Assembly (NCBI GenBank): GCA_043228905.1
Contig: JBHGNT010000005.1
Coordinates: forward strand, 7,874,001 to 7,938,000
DNA from: Azolla caroliniana
Taxonomy: Eukaryota > Plantae > Polypodiophyta
Direction of reading: 5' to 3'
DNA: 64,000 bases
In this document: one piece after another, positions 38,262 to 52,688 of the stretch
Layout of the letters: every line of letters begins with the position of its first letter
Position numbering within the stretch: the first letter of the stretch is position 1
The notes under the pieces: generated by a model
Told to the model about the DNA's origin: nothing
The model's input: the letters and a program-made list of their open reading frames with translations, nothing else
Database searches by the model: none
Translations under genes and position numbers: made by a program

Positions 38262-40060
38262 CTATCCCCCCTTTAAAACAACGAGTGTCACGATGAGTTT
38301 TGGATTGAGGACCTAGTTTGTCTGGATATTGACGATGGAAGTCTTCAAGAAGAGCATGAGCATTGGTCATATTTTCTATTGGTTCCCAAGTACGCTCGCT
38401 GGGACTATATCCTAGCCAATCGACTAAATAGTAGAGCTTGTTGCTAAAAATCTTGGAATCGAGGATGGCGGCAACCTCGTACTCAGGTTCATTTTCAAGT
38501 TCGATCGGGGGTTGAGGTTGTTTAATATGACCTGGGATGGTGCTGTCTTGATAGGGTTCGAGGAGAGAACTATGAAACACCGGATGTATCCGAAATTGTG
38601 GAGGTAGATCAAGATGAAAAGCGACATCATTAGTTTTTCCGATAATACGGAAAGGACCTAATCGTCGATAATCCAACTTCTCGCATGTGCGAGTAATCTA
38701 GATGTGTCGTCGTAGTAGCCATACCCGATCTCAAATATTAAAACTGGATGGAAGCTGATGACGATCCGCGTAAACCTTGTGTGTTTGTTGAGCTTGTTGT
38801 AGATGAGTAGATAAATCCATTTGTATCTTGTGTAACCGCTCCAAACGATCCTCTGCGCAAGGATTTGTACGTAACTCTAGGGTTTCAAATACACACCACC
38901 GGGGGTGACAACCCGTATAAGCATAAAATGGTGTAACCTTTGTCGATGAGTGGACAAAGTTATTATACACAAATTCAGCGAAGTGGAGAATATCCGCCTA
39001 GTCATCTTGATGATAGCTTAGAAAGCACCGAAGATACAACTCCAGCGTTTGATTTGTTCGTTCTGCTTGGTCGTCTGTTTGTGGGTGGTAGCCGGAGGAG
39101 AGGTTACAAGTGACCTTGAGCATTTTAAAGAGGTGGTTCTAGAATTTCGAGACGAACTGGGGTCCACGATCGCTGATGATACTATCGGGAAGGCCATGAT
39201 GTCGACATACTTCACGCATGACAGTTTCGACGGTTTCTTCACTGGATATTTGCTTAGTACATGGTAGGAAATGAGCCATCTTCGTATATCAATCTACTAC
39301 TATTAAGATTGGATTGAATCCCTCAGAGACAGGAAGATCTGTGATGAAATCTAGAGCAATGGATTGCCACGGCTTGCTGGGAATTGGTAACGGTTCTAAT
39401 AAAACATATGGATGATGCGTTGGCATTTTTGCTCCGCAACATTTATCACAAGTCCGAACAAAATCTTTGACAAATTGTCGCATATGGGGCCACCAAAATG
39501 ATCATTGTACTAAATCTAATGTTTTAGTACTACCAAAATGCCCAACTATATATGTGTCATGACAGTTTTGGACTACTCGAAGGCGACAAGAACCATTAGG
39601 AACATACAAGAGTTTCTTAAACAATAGTAATCCATCATGACATTCGAATTGTCGATAGTCCATACCTGGTTGTTGCGACTGTGAACAAGATGCTCGAGAG
39701 GGATCAATTTGTGCTAGAATGTCTTAGGAGAAAGAATCTGTCTTCAAGTCCTCACATATGGTATCGATAATGTGAGAATCCAAGGGCATACCGAAGACCT
39801 GTGTTGCTTGCAGTCATGTCGGTCCCAAGATTACTTGCTTTTGGTTATCGAAAGCTGGCTCGCCAGGATGCGGTGCTAGATACGAGCGCCGTGATAATGT
39901 ATCTGCCTTCCCTTGTTGCTTCCCCGGACGATATGTAATTTTGAAGTCGAAACGAGTGAGGAATTGGGCCCACCGAGCTTGACGTCGATTTAACACACGA
40001 GCATTCTGAAAGTAGGCAAGGTTTTTGTGATCACTGAATACAATGACCGATGAGAAGATC
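38254..40060 (-). mobile_element. Decayed chromovirus 3' half: RNase H end - integrase - chromodomain
   Basis: SDHKNL..F...[11 protein letters not shown]...GHFG, CDKC, SIALDFITDLP, LGPFRI and chromodomain EYEVAAILDS...YLVDWLGYSPSERTWEP. Confidence 0.92.
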
Positions 40061-40734
40061 CCTCTAGAAAATGATTCACACATTACGTGAAATATGTAAA
40101 ATACTATATCCGATTTAAAGTATGTATAATAAATAAAATAAAATATTAAAAGTATTTATTACATGCACAAGGCAATATTTGAACCTTGCACCTCCACTTA
40201 GACAAACCCCAACCTTACCACTATACTAACTTATCCTAAGTGTTATAAATATAGATTTAATACATATAAGACCTTTATTTAAGTCTACCTTTATAAAAGG
40301 TAAGTCATGCATTTTTAGAATGCATGAATACTTTATTTATAAGAAAATGTACACCAATAAAAAATGACTCGTGCACATCTAGCGAGCATGAGCACTATAT
40401 TTAGGAAATAAAAGCATAGTGTAAAAAGGTAACTCATGCACATTTAGTGTGCATGAACATTTTAGAAAAAGCATGAAGCTATGCTTAGCCTCTTCCATCC
40501 TTATATAAGGAGGAGAGAAAGATGTATGGTGGTTGTTGCTTATTTTACAAGGGTGGATTAATATAATATAATCGTGGGATTCACGAATTTGCTAACTATT
40601 TTTCTCTCTTAATTTGAGTACTCACTAATACACTATACTCGTGGGATTCACGAGTTTTTCATATCTTTCTTTCTTACAACATATTTCATATTCATCATTG
40701 CCTTAGAATTTTCTTTTCTCCTAGTCCAAAACCT

Positions 40735-42355
40735 CAGTGGTTCTCGCCCGACTCACGCAATGATCCGGAGCCGAACGACACGACACAAGTGGTGAACCCG
40801 ATGTGAACAGGGATGGCAAGGAGATGGAAAATCAACCAGAGGCTAACAACATAATGATGATGTTTGAGCGGATGCTTCAAGAACAATGAGCGATGTCGGA
40901 GATAGCGACAACAGTAGTGCGGCTCGTGCAACGAATCAAGCAATTCAACGGAAAGGTTGTATCACGCTATCTTCGAGACTACAAGGCAGAAATGCTACAG
41001 TGCGGGATTTCAGAAGGACTGCAAGTGACATCCTTCAACCGGGTGGCTACCGACGGGCTTCAAGAAAGTATCCACGGGCTACAACAACAAAATCCGATGT
41101 GGGAAGTGTTTGAAGAGGCGCTAAAGACCACGTTCGCTATCGAGGACTCCTCCAAGGCAACACGGAGAGGATTCGAGGATTGGGTGGAAATGCCGGACAA
41201 GGGGATGAAGTTCCTCGATGTGTTTTCGGCATTCAAAAGTCGGTTCGGGAGGTTGTCTGCGAGAGATCAAGCTATCCTCGCACCAGATAAAGTTATCATG
41301 TTCTTACGAGCCGTAGACGTCTGAGACCGGAAGGATCTTGGAGTGCTTCTAGAGGACATGACTACCGAGAGTGGCCTCATCGAAGCATGGGAAAGCGTGC
41401 GGGATATCGTCGCGCGATACACAAAGAGGGGGCAATGGCTTGCCAACGAAGAAAAGAGGGTTTCGGAACCGATTCCGAAATCGAGATCCGGATCGGAAGA
41501 CCATCAACCGTGGGCTCAGGAGACTACAACCGAGAAGGGAATCGACGCAACCACAGTGGAGCAATTGCTGAAGGAGATGGAGAATTTGAAAATCGCGATG
41601 GTGAAGAAGACGGAAGACCGTCCCACAAGTTCCAAGTACATGGACCGTCAATGCATATGGTGCGATAGCACCGAACATGATCGGAGAGATTGCGATGAGT
41701 ACAAGGAGGCGCTACGACGAGATCTTATCTACTATGAGGGAAATCAGATTCATTCGATGGACTCTCGGAAGCCGCTCCGACCGAACTTCCGAAAAGGTGG
41801 CATGAAGAAGGTCCTAGAGGAGGAAATAGCGGCGAAGAGCAATTACGTGACAATCGGGAATACGTGTCGGGGAGTCATCGGGAGCAAATGTGTCTTTTTG
41901 GCCGGAAGTGTTAGAAAACACCGAGAAAACCGACTCCAACGAGATCTGAAGCACCGCGGAAGGCATCCGGGAAGCTACTTGATGGGAGTGCCCCGTCGAT
42001 AAGAATAGCATATACGCCCTATGTCAACTACATGAGGTGTATGTGGACGAGAAGCGGCGACGCACGGAGGATGCAGCTGGACCATCGAAGACACTAGAGA
42101 GCTGGAACTCCGACGGAAGAGGGAAAGGAAAATCGATTCCGACATTCAAACTCGCTTCGGACATTGAGCAACGGACGGACATAAAGAAAGTGTTCGAGGA
42201 GAGAATCCTCGACAGCCGGGTAGAGTTTTCACTTCGGGAACTACTCGGAATAGCAAAAAAGGAGTTCCATGATCTTCTTGTGGATCTCGTAAAAAGAAAA
42301 AGACAAACTACGGAGGAAAATGCACCGATGGTGAATGCAAATACCGTTGTCTTGT
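40735..42355 (+). mobile_element. Gag-region remnant of a further Ty3-type retrotransposon
   Basis: Consecutive broken ORFs (40893-41324, 41343-42002, 42037-42375) with FNGKVVSRYL, zinc knuckle CIWCDSTEHDRRDC and pre-protease-like SLRELLGIA; ends abruptly at an LTR-like insertion. Confidence 0.7.
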
Positions 42356-42941
42356 TGTTACGCGCGTGCGTGTAGAAGGGCGGGACCACGGGGGTCTTGG
42401 ACTAGGGAGTGGAGGAGAAAGATTAGCTCAAGAGGAGAAGAGAACGAATATGACATTATGATAGAAGAAGAAGAAGATGCAATCAATATTATAGATCTAG
42501 GTACTAAAGTAAGCTTAAGATAAGGATAAAGAAATGAAAGATAGAAAGGAGAAAGAGAAAGAAGGGTGCCGATCCACCCGACCACCCCCGAGCGAAGGGA
42601 TCGAGACGGACTCGAGCCTCGATCGGCGTCCCATACCACCGCCGTGGCGTCGAGTCGTACCTGGTGCTGGCGCGCTCGCTACAAGAGTTGACCCACCACA
42701 CGAGCAGAGTCTCGATGTAGTCAAAAGATGATCAAATGAGGGTAGCTAGGCCTCTTATTTATAGCGATACCCAAGGCCCCCAAGCAAGTTCACACTTGAC
42801 CTAATGGGTTGTCTCAATCCCGAGGATTAAAAGTAATCCTCCCCTTCTTTACACTCTCGTTTAACCCTCACACTTATCCACGTGTATAGAATTCTACGGT
42901 AAATTCTTACCACGGGATATTATATGGTCATGCCCGTAACA
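42356..42941 (-). mobile_element. Solo-LTR-like segment (586 bp)
   Basis: Terminal inverted 7-mers TGTTACG...CGTAACA; minus-strand TATAAATA near 42760; flanks cttgt/taaga do not form a TSD. Confidence 0.62.
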
Positions 42942-42999
42942 TAAGATACTCAACAAGAAGTTCTATTAAAAAATGAATGATTACAACAATGGTGGCCGC

Positions 43000-44400
43000 C
43001 ATGGCCGCACCAAACGACTATATGAAAAACCCTAAAGGAAAACCCAAGAAGAAAACCCTAACCGAAACCCTAACCCTAAAACGAAATGGGAAGAAGGAGA
43101 ACCCTAGACTAAGTGGTATACCTTACTCACACAAAATAGGCAACCCCTCATAAGTGACCCCTCTCTTCGTTTTATAGCCCAAGGAAGGGGGGACCTTACA
43201 ATGTGGGATAAAATTCCCCTCTTCTTTCTACACACCCTTTCCTAGTATACACGTGCACATGTTGCACACCACCGATTTGCCCATTCCACCCCGGTTTCAC
43301 ACTATAGCCGGAAATCTTCACGACATCCACCCCCACCAAAACGCACATCCACCGGTATGTGCCAGGAAAGGAAAAGGGTGAGAGATTTCGGCGACGGTGA
43401 TCAACCGGGTCTTTCGCCTTACCGGCACCCAACCGTCTTGCTAGTCCCTTGCCGGCGCCGATCCGTCTTGCCGGCTCCTTACCGGCCCTGACCCGCCGGC
43501 TCCATCCGATCCACCATGTCCGGCGCACACACCTTCTTCTTCGACCGTCCATCCCGAACACCATTGCTGATCCGGTCACTCTTTCTTTGTCCGCCACGTA
43601 GGTCCTCCGATTAGGCCCTTGGTCACCCCGTTTTCTCGCCGGATTCCGCCCCTTGCGTACCGCTTGTGCTCTATCTCCGACTCGATCCTCTCTTCGTCTC
43701 GAACACCTCGTGTCGTTTCCCTCCGTTCCGCACTCACCTTCCGTAGGCTCTTTCCGTGGGCCCTTGTTGTCTCCCGAACATGCGCTCGTTCTTCGGTCCC
43801 TCGACGACCTCATTACACGCTCCTCGCTTCTCCGTTGCGCGCCGTGCTCTCTCGACGTAGAGCGTACCGTCATCCCGACCACCATGTCAATGTCCTTCGC
43901 GACTCCCGTTACCGCTTCATCCCGTCTCTCGTCCTCTTGGCCTGCTTGGCCTCGCATGCCTTCCAGGACGCCGCGCTTCCGTAGCCCGTTGCTCTCCACG
44001 CACCTCCTCCGGTTTTCAAGACATAGCCTTCCATGCTCGCCGATCATCCTCGTGCTTGTCGTTTGGCCCTTACGCGGCCACATCGCACGTCTCGCACTCC
44101 GCTCCGCTCTGCGTACCCTTTCGAAAAGGTACATTGCTTCCCCGACATCCGTGTCGGTGCTCTCGTCTTCGATGTCCTCCGCAACCTCCGATGTTGCCGC
44201 TTCGCCCCGAGGTACACCCTCTTGGTCCGCCTCGCATGTCCTCTAGATGCGCTCCGGATCTCTCCGGTTGCACTCCGGTTTCCGCCCTTTGCATGCCGCT
44301 CCTTTGGTTTTATCGTCTCCGCATGTCGAACACCTCGGTGTATCGACTCTTCCCACTCCGCGCTTGCCTTCCGTAGGCTCTTCCCATGCGTCGTAATCAC
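43000..44400. repeat. GC-rich, strand-skewed (C/T-rich +) segment with internal repeats, probably retroelement-derived non-coding sequence
   Basis: cgaacacctcg...ccttccgtaggctctt occurs near 43700 and 44328; overlapping ORFs lack recognisable motifs; lies in the TE nest. Confidence 0.45.
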
Positions 44401-45129
44401 CTATTAATCTTGTCTAATTCGATTTCAAATAGTCTCAAGTATGTAGGAGGAAGTAACAATTCTTAGAGAGGTTTTTAGGGTTTCTAACTCTCCAATTAGA
44501 TGCACAAGCAAAATACCCTATTAGAAGCTTCATTTATTATGATATATGTTATGCATCCTATATAAAGGGGCTCATTAATAACAAACATAAAGCACATATG
44601 TTACATTTCCATTTCTAGCATCGACAAAATTTTATAGATCAATGCTTGAAGAGAAACGCAAGCTTGTCAATTTACAGTTGCAATATTTGGAAACTTGTGT
44701 ACATTTTGAAATTTATGTTACAATTACATACATTTTGTGAAAACATGCTTTCGAGTAAAAACCTTCACATTTGGGATATAATATGGGAGTGATTAGAGAG
44801 GTCGCGGACCGCGTAGGTTGATCACCATTATGGAAGTGATGAGAGTGGTTGTCAGGGTTGCACTTTCTTCAATGATGTAGAGAGAAATATTTTGCACAAA
44901 AAAAACCTAAGTCCGCACTTTTTCATGAAGATCAAAGTATGCACTTACCCGAATATCACAATTCACATGCACCCAAAAAAATCATTTTTTAGGAATTTAT
45001 TTGTTGACACATTCATGCTAGTTCAAGGAGATCTTCAAAGTGAAGAAGCTATTACCATCTTCAAATCCTTCTCTAGTATTAGTTCCATGCTAAATAAATT
45101 CATATTTGAGACCTAATGTTAGGACCTTG

Positions 45130-46052
45130 TAGAATGTAATGTTGGATGTAATGAATGTAATTGGTCACACAATCCATCTTAATATTTGATCCAAGACTTT
45201 TATTTGATCTCTTTGCACATGTATATCATGTTTTTACTATTTTGCATCTGTTAATATTTGTGAGAATGTAAGGTGAGTTGTGATGGACTCACCAAAGCTT
45301 TTCTCCTCCAAACGATCCTTTTCTTGTTGTTGAATTGACTCCATAGGAATCTTGGATTTCATCATCTTTTTGATACATGCATGTGTGCTTGCTTTATGAG
45401 GTTATGCTATATCATGGTGTATATAGTGATAACGTCATGAAAATGTAGATCATGGATTTGTAAGTCATACCCTTGTCGTTTTCAAGGAGACAATCTTTGA
45501 CATATTCACGTTCATATATACAACACGTTTTAAGTGAGTGAATAATGTGCACTAGGGCCTTGGTTAGTATGTTATCACTTTGTCATTTAGGGAGGATCCT
45601 AGAAATATCAATGACGTACGCTCTTTTCAAGACTAATATATAGTATATTTATAAGTTTTATGATTTAAGAAACATGGCCAAATAGTTTTCGTCTTTTGGG
45701 TGGTTTCATTGCGCTTCTATGATAATGATGTGGAAAACACATGGAAGTATATTTTAGTACGAAGATTGAGTGGACATTTGTTATCATGAACATCAAGGGT
45801 AATAAAGAGGAGTCTTGCTTCAAGATAAATATATGTGACATTATTGTCAAAGTTGACATGGATACTTTGATTGCTAAGTGTTTGGCAAAGGAGCACGCCG
45901 CACGACATTAACATGCTAAAAATTATATTAATTCTAGTGTCTTGGGGACATGCAATCGTAAATGAATATCAATACCACATGATGATGTATCAAGAACTTT
46001 AGTCTTTGACCCAATAATTATCAAAACTTGTTGCTCCTTGAGGGGATGCCTC

Positions 46053-46150
<98 letters not shown>

Positions 46151-47870
46151 TTTGTTTTGTGTGTGTAAATCTTATGTTTGATTTAAAATAACATGACAAT
46201 GTGAAGCCTTTACTTCTCAAATACTTTATTAGTAATGATATGGCAAGGTAAAAACCCTCAAAGGTGTTGCAGTACTAAATGGCATAAATCCAACTCTTCT
46301 AGGGACAAGTCGCTCGTACAACATGGTTGTGAAATTTGCCAAATTAGCATTCCTTTTAGCCTACATATTTGTTGTGGTGCTCCAAGAAGTTCATCAAACA
46401 AGAACCCATTTCTAAGGCTTCAACTACACCACATCCCCCAATACCTAAGATAGTCAAACACTACCTTATATGATGGGGCGGGTAGAGCTCTAACACTTTC
46501 AATGAAAACCTCTTGAAAAGGTGACACAACACTCCTAGTTAATGATGCCCAAAGTAGCAATATAACAACCCAAATGGCTTTAGTGACCGAGCATGCAATG
46601 AACTTGTGTCTAGCATCTTCCTCAATCATTGTACAAAAAAAAACATGTACCATTTGAAATATGTATTCGTTTTAATGCTATCACCAAAGGCAACCAACCC
46701 ACCATGACACACCATAGAGACACATTAGCACGAAATTTAAGATGAGAGTGTTATCTTGCATCTAAAACTAGACAACACCATTTTACACATCAAGAAATAT
46801 GCCATATATTCAAAACCTTCTTCACTAACCAAACTCTATCTTTAACCTGCTTATGGTATACATAATTAGTGTGAAACTCTCCTTCTCTCTCTCTCTCTCT
46901 CTCTCAAATAACAATGTATTAATGACAAAAGTGAAATTACAATTGATGGAACATGACATCCTATCGGCTCACCATAAAATCAATCAGGGTTCCCATGACA
47001 TCCCTCATCTCTACATACATTGTTACATACCTATACTGTCCCGACTCCCATGCTAAAGTCATCTTTGAGACCTCATGCTAGCACCTTCTAGAATGGAATG
47101 TTGGTTGTAACAAACGTGATTGGACACACAATCCATCCTAACATTTGATCCTAGACTTTTTTTTTGTTTCATCTCTTTGCCACGTGTATATCATATTTTT
47201 TTATTATTTTGCATCTATGAAGATTTGTGAGAATGTAAGAGGCGTTGTGATGAACTTTCTATATTTATTCTGCTCGAATCCATTTTTTCCTAGTCGTCAT
47301 TGTAGTGACACCATATGGTAGTAGGAATGTTTAATTTCATCATGTTCTTGATACATGTACAAATGCTCTCTTCATGAGGTTATGCGATATGACTCTGTAT
47401 CAAGTGTCGGCCTTATAAAATGTAGGTAGTATATTCGTGAATCCTATACTTGTTTACAAGGAGACAATCTTTCACACATTCACGTTTTAACTTGATTAAT
47501 AGCACATTCTAGGGCCTAAGTGGATATTTCATCACTCTCTCATTTGGGGAGGAGCCCAAAAAACATCAATGAAACCTGTTCTTTTCAAAACTAAGTATAA
47601 TATATTTGTAAGTTCTAATATTTGAAAAACATGACTAAATAACATTAGTCTTTTGGGTTGTTTAGTTAGGCTTCTATGATAGGGATGTAGAAAACACATG
47701 AAAGTTTATTTGAGTACAAAGATGGGATGGACATTTGTTGTCGTGAACAACGAGGAGAATTGAGATGAGGCTTGCTTCACAACAAATGTCCGTAAAAGTG
47801 TTGCCAAAAGGTTGAGATGAGATGCTTCGATAGCTCAAGCGTTGTTCAGGAGAGGACTAGAGTGGAACAT
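45130..47870. repeat. Two diverged direct copies of a ~780-bp sequence (~45130-45900 and ~47090-47870)
   Basis: Colinear shared blocks tagaatg.aatgttgg, cacacaatccatc, tttgtgagaatgtaag, atgaggttatgc, caaggagacaatctt, ctagggcct and aaaacacatg occur in both copies. Confidence 0.8.
46200..46800 (-). mobile_element. L1-type LINE 3' remnant (zf-RVT region)
   Basis: Peptide (C)FFCTMIEEDARHKFIACSVTKAIW matches the CxxC..E...H.F..C..A...W zinc finger downstream of plant LINE RT. Confidence 0.55.
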
Positions 47871-48011
47871 GGTAAGAAATGATCTTAATTCTGGTGGACA
47901 TTGTTGAGAAGATTTCTTCTCAAACCTTTCCATTGGGGTAAGCATGGGAAAGGAGGACGCCGTCCATAGGTATCGGTTCGGGGGGCGGGGCCTGACCATT
48001 TGATGTGGTCA

Positions 48012-49741
<1,730 letters not shown>

Positions 49742-51004
49742 ATGGTGATGATTTTTGACGGCGAAAGCAAAGGAAAAATAAGCTAAGCTAAGAAAGTGAT
49801 GATCAAAACAAGTATAGTAGATCAATGTGTGTGATGATGCCAAGAACTACACTATATGGGAGTGAAGTGTTTGTTTTATGGATGAGTGTTTTGTTGTTGT
49901 TTGTTCACTTATCTCTCTATATATAGGCACATGTGTCAATGACCTTTTCCTCCTTAGGAGTCTTCTAATGTTGAACAAGTTCTATGACCACACCTTTAGT
50001 TTTTAAATGCAATGCTTTTTAGAAGCTCGTATTATCTACTATCTACCATACAATGATATTATTCGACGACATGCACACCACCATAAAGTTATATTATAAT
50101 TCCCTATTATTTTGTGACATTTTCTGAGTTCAATGAACTTGAAATGGTATTATAATGAAACCTTATTATATTCTAATGGAAACAGCATTCCATGGTATGC
50201 ATGGCTTCATTTCGTGGTATTTTAGTAAGTTGATAAACTTAGGAACGGTATACTTGGTGAGATGTATTTTAATGGCTCAATGGGTGCAATTGATGTTTGA
50301 CACGATGCTTGTCTCGGTTGCCCACATGGTTGGTAATGTGTGTTGGTTTTTGTTTTGTAATATAATTTGTTTGATCATGATTGCCAACATGGCTGAGAAA
50401 TAAATAAGGGGTACAATTGAAAATATAGAGAAGCTATTATTGGACATGCAAGCTCATGACACAAGAGATAGATAGATTTTCTCATATTCTTTGAAGATTA
50501 AATATAACCTATGAGGCAAAAAATGGAATATTTTCGACGATTTAAAAAAGAGTTTTATTGTAAAGAGCTTTATTAATTAATGTGGCAATTGAGATGCATA
50601 TTGTGACTATGAGAAATTCGTGCAAGGATTGGGTTTGGTTGAAAATGTGTCGAAAGCATAGTCAGATGTGATCAAGGGCAAAGCAATGTATCAAAGTGTG
50701 ATACATAGACTCTTGAACTTGATAAGGGCAAAGAGTGCATAGTCAATTACTCTTATCACTTGTGCCCCGATGCCTTCTATCACATCATAGTGAGCTTGAG
50801 CTAAGTCATATAGAAGCAATGAATCGGATGACACACAATGAGATGCGCTCAAACATGTAAATTGATGTTTGTGATTGCCTAGCGTTCGGCGAAGAACATG
50901 TAGTTTGGTGCAACATATGTAGTATAATGCAATGTGAAGAGCCTCTAAATTTTTCCCATGTCATGATACATTGGCATTGCAAAAAGGCTTTAATCACACA
51001 AGGA

Positions 51005-51550
51005 AGATATGATCATCATTGTTTTTTGAGAATTCCATAATAGCTAAAGAGTAGTTTCATGAATATGTCCAAATATACAGTTGACAAGGGTAACCTTATG
51101 CGATGATTGCATCAATTCTATTGGTCAAATTCCAATTAAGAACCTCAAAATGAAGAGTCATTCTTTAAAAGGAGATAATAGGTAATTTGTTGTAATATGA
51201 TCATTGTTGTTTATGAAGAATTCCACAACAACTCAAGTAGAGCTTCAAGAATATGTTCAAAATCTACTTTATGTGACAAGGATATTCAAAGGTGATGGTT
51301 ACGCCAATTCTATTGGCAATGTTCCAAGCACTTTGAAAGGAAGACTCATTCTTTAAAATGAGATAATAATTAATTTATTGTAATATGATCATAGTTGTTT
51401 GTGGAGAATTCCAATCTAGGTAAATTGTAGTTACATGAATATGCACATCTTCTTCACGTGACAAGGATAATATGTTGTGATGATTATATCAAATTCTATT
51501 GGTAGAATTCCAATAACATCTGGAAAGAAAGACTCATTCAATAAACAACT
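51005..51550. repeat. Degenerate tandem repeat, ~187-bp period, 3 copies
   Basis: atatgatcat..tgtt...gaattcca...gacaagg...aattctattgg...agactcattc recurs near 51007, 51195 and 51383. Confidence 0.75.
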
Positions 51551-52688
51551 AAATCCCCCATGTTGTTTGTGACCTTCATTTCCACCAATGCATGTTGTTT
51601 GGACACTCCATACAACACTAGCAAATGTAACACACAAGCTCTCTTTCCCATATGGACACAAACATATGAACGTATTAACATGTGTATTTATATTGACATG
51701 TATAGATTACATGGACATAATTTTACACAAGAAAACATACAATAGAGTGGCATGTGCGCACACACATACACACACTTAAGATGCATGAACTAGTATAATG
51801 AAAGAAGCCATATCAAGGAAACCCTCTTAGTCAAAAGGACTAAAAAACTCACACAAAACACATGAAATCCCCAAAAGGTTCAAATATGAGGCTTCTTAGA
51901 GTGTTGGATGCTCATCTAAATAAAATGCAATTACTCTCTCCCTCACCATGGTCCCATAGATCGTATCGATGTCTTGTGAACCTTAATAATATGTCTATCT
52001 ACTTATCGCTTGAGTGCTCTAGTACCCTTCTCATGCTTTGATGCTCCACGTTTGGTCTTGTACCCTTCCACATTTTCATGTAATTCAAAATTTTTCTTAA
52101 GGTCTCGTGCACTCATTGGTGTCATTCAAGAACACATAATGAATCCCCAACTAGATTGTAGAATGAAAATCAAGCAAATAGTACATGAAGTGACATATAT
52201 GCCATGCGCGGGTTGTGGATAATCAGATACTTTTCTTCAAGTGAATCGAAGAGCCTTGCTACCTTATTTTGGATGTCTAATGATTTGTTAAACAATGCCA
52301 AATTTGCATGTTTTTTCCAAAGCATTATGTATAATGCTATGTCCATTATAGAAAGCATTCATATATTCAATTAAGACTTTCCCGAGTCTTGCACATTCAC
52401 GGGAAAGAATATTGGCGTTGGTTATCCATTTAAAGTATGGTTTAACCTCATCATCGATTTGAGAGTTTGTATTTGAAAAGCCCATGACTTCGAAGTATTA
52501 GAAAATAGACATCCATACGGATGATGGTATGACAATCTATTTTGTTGCTCAATGTTGTATGAGTTGGTAAGTCATCAATACCATTATTAGAGCTTTGGCT
52601 CTAGTCAAAGTCAAACTAGAAAACAAGCTTCCAAACTATTGCAAATACCTCTTAATTTAAAGGCATTTCCCTTTTTCCGGCATATGTA

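Noticed and set aside
43025-43085. Interstitial telomeric repeat (AAACCCTA-like)
   Set aside because: Only a few scattered imperfect units, not a tandem array.
43196-44134. 312-aa Arg/Gly-rich ORF and overlapping ORFs
   Set aside because: No recognisable motif; long ORFs in several frames are expected from the GC-rich skewed composition inside a TE nest.
51950-52680. Decayed coding-like sequence interrupted by the Copia insertion (continuing after 56560)
   Set aside because: May be an old transposase remnant, but I could not identify any diagnostic motif.
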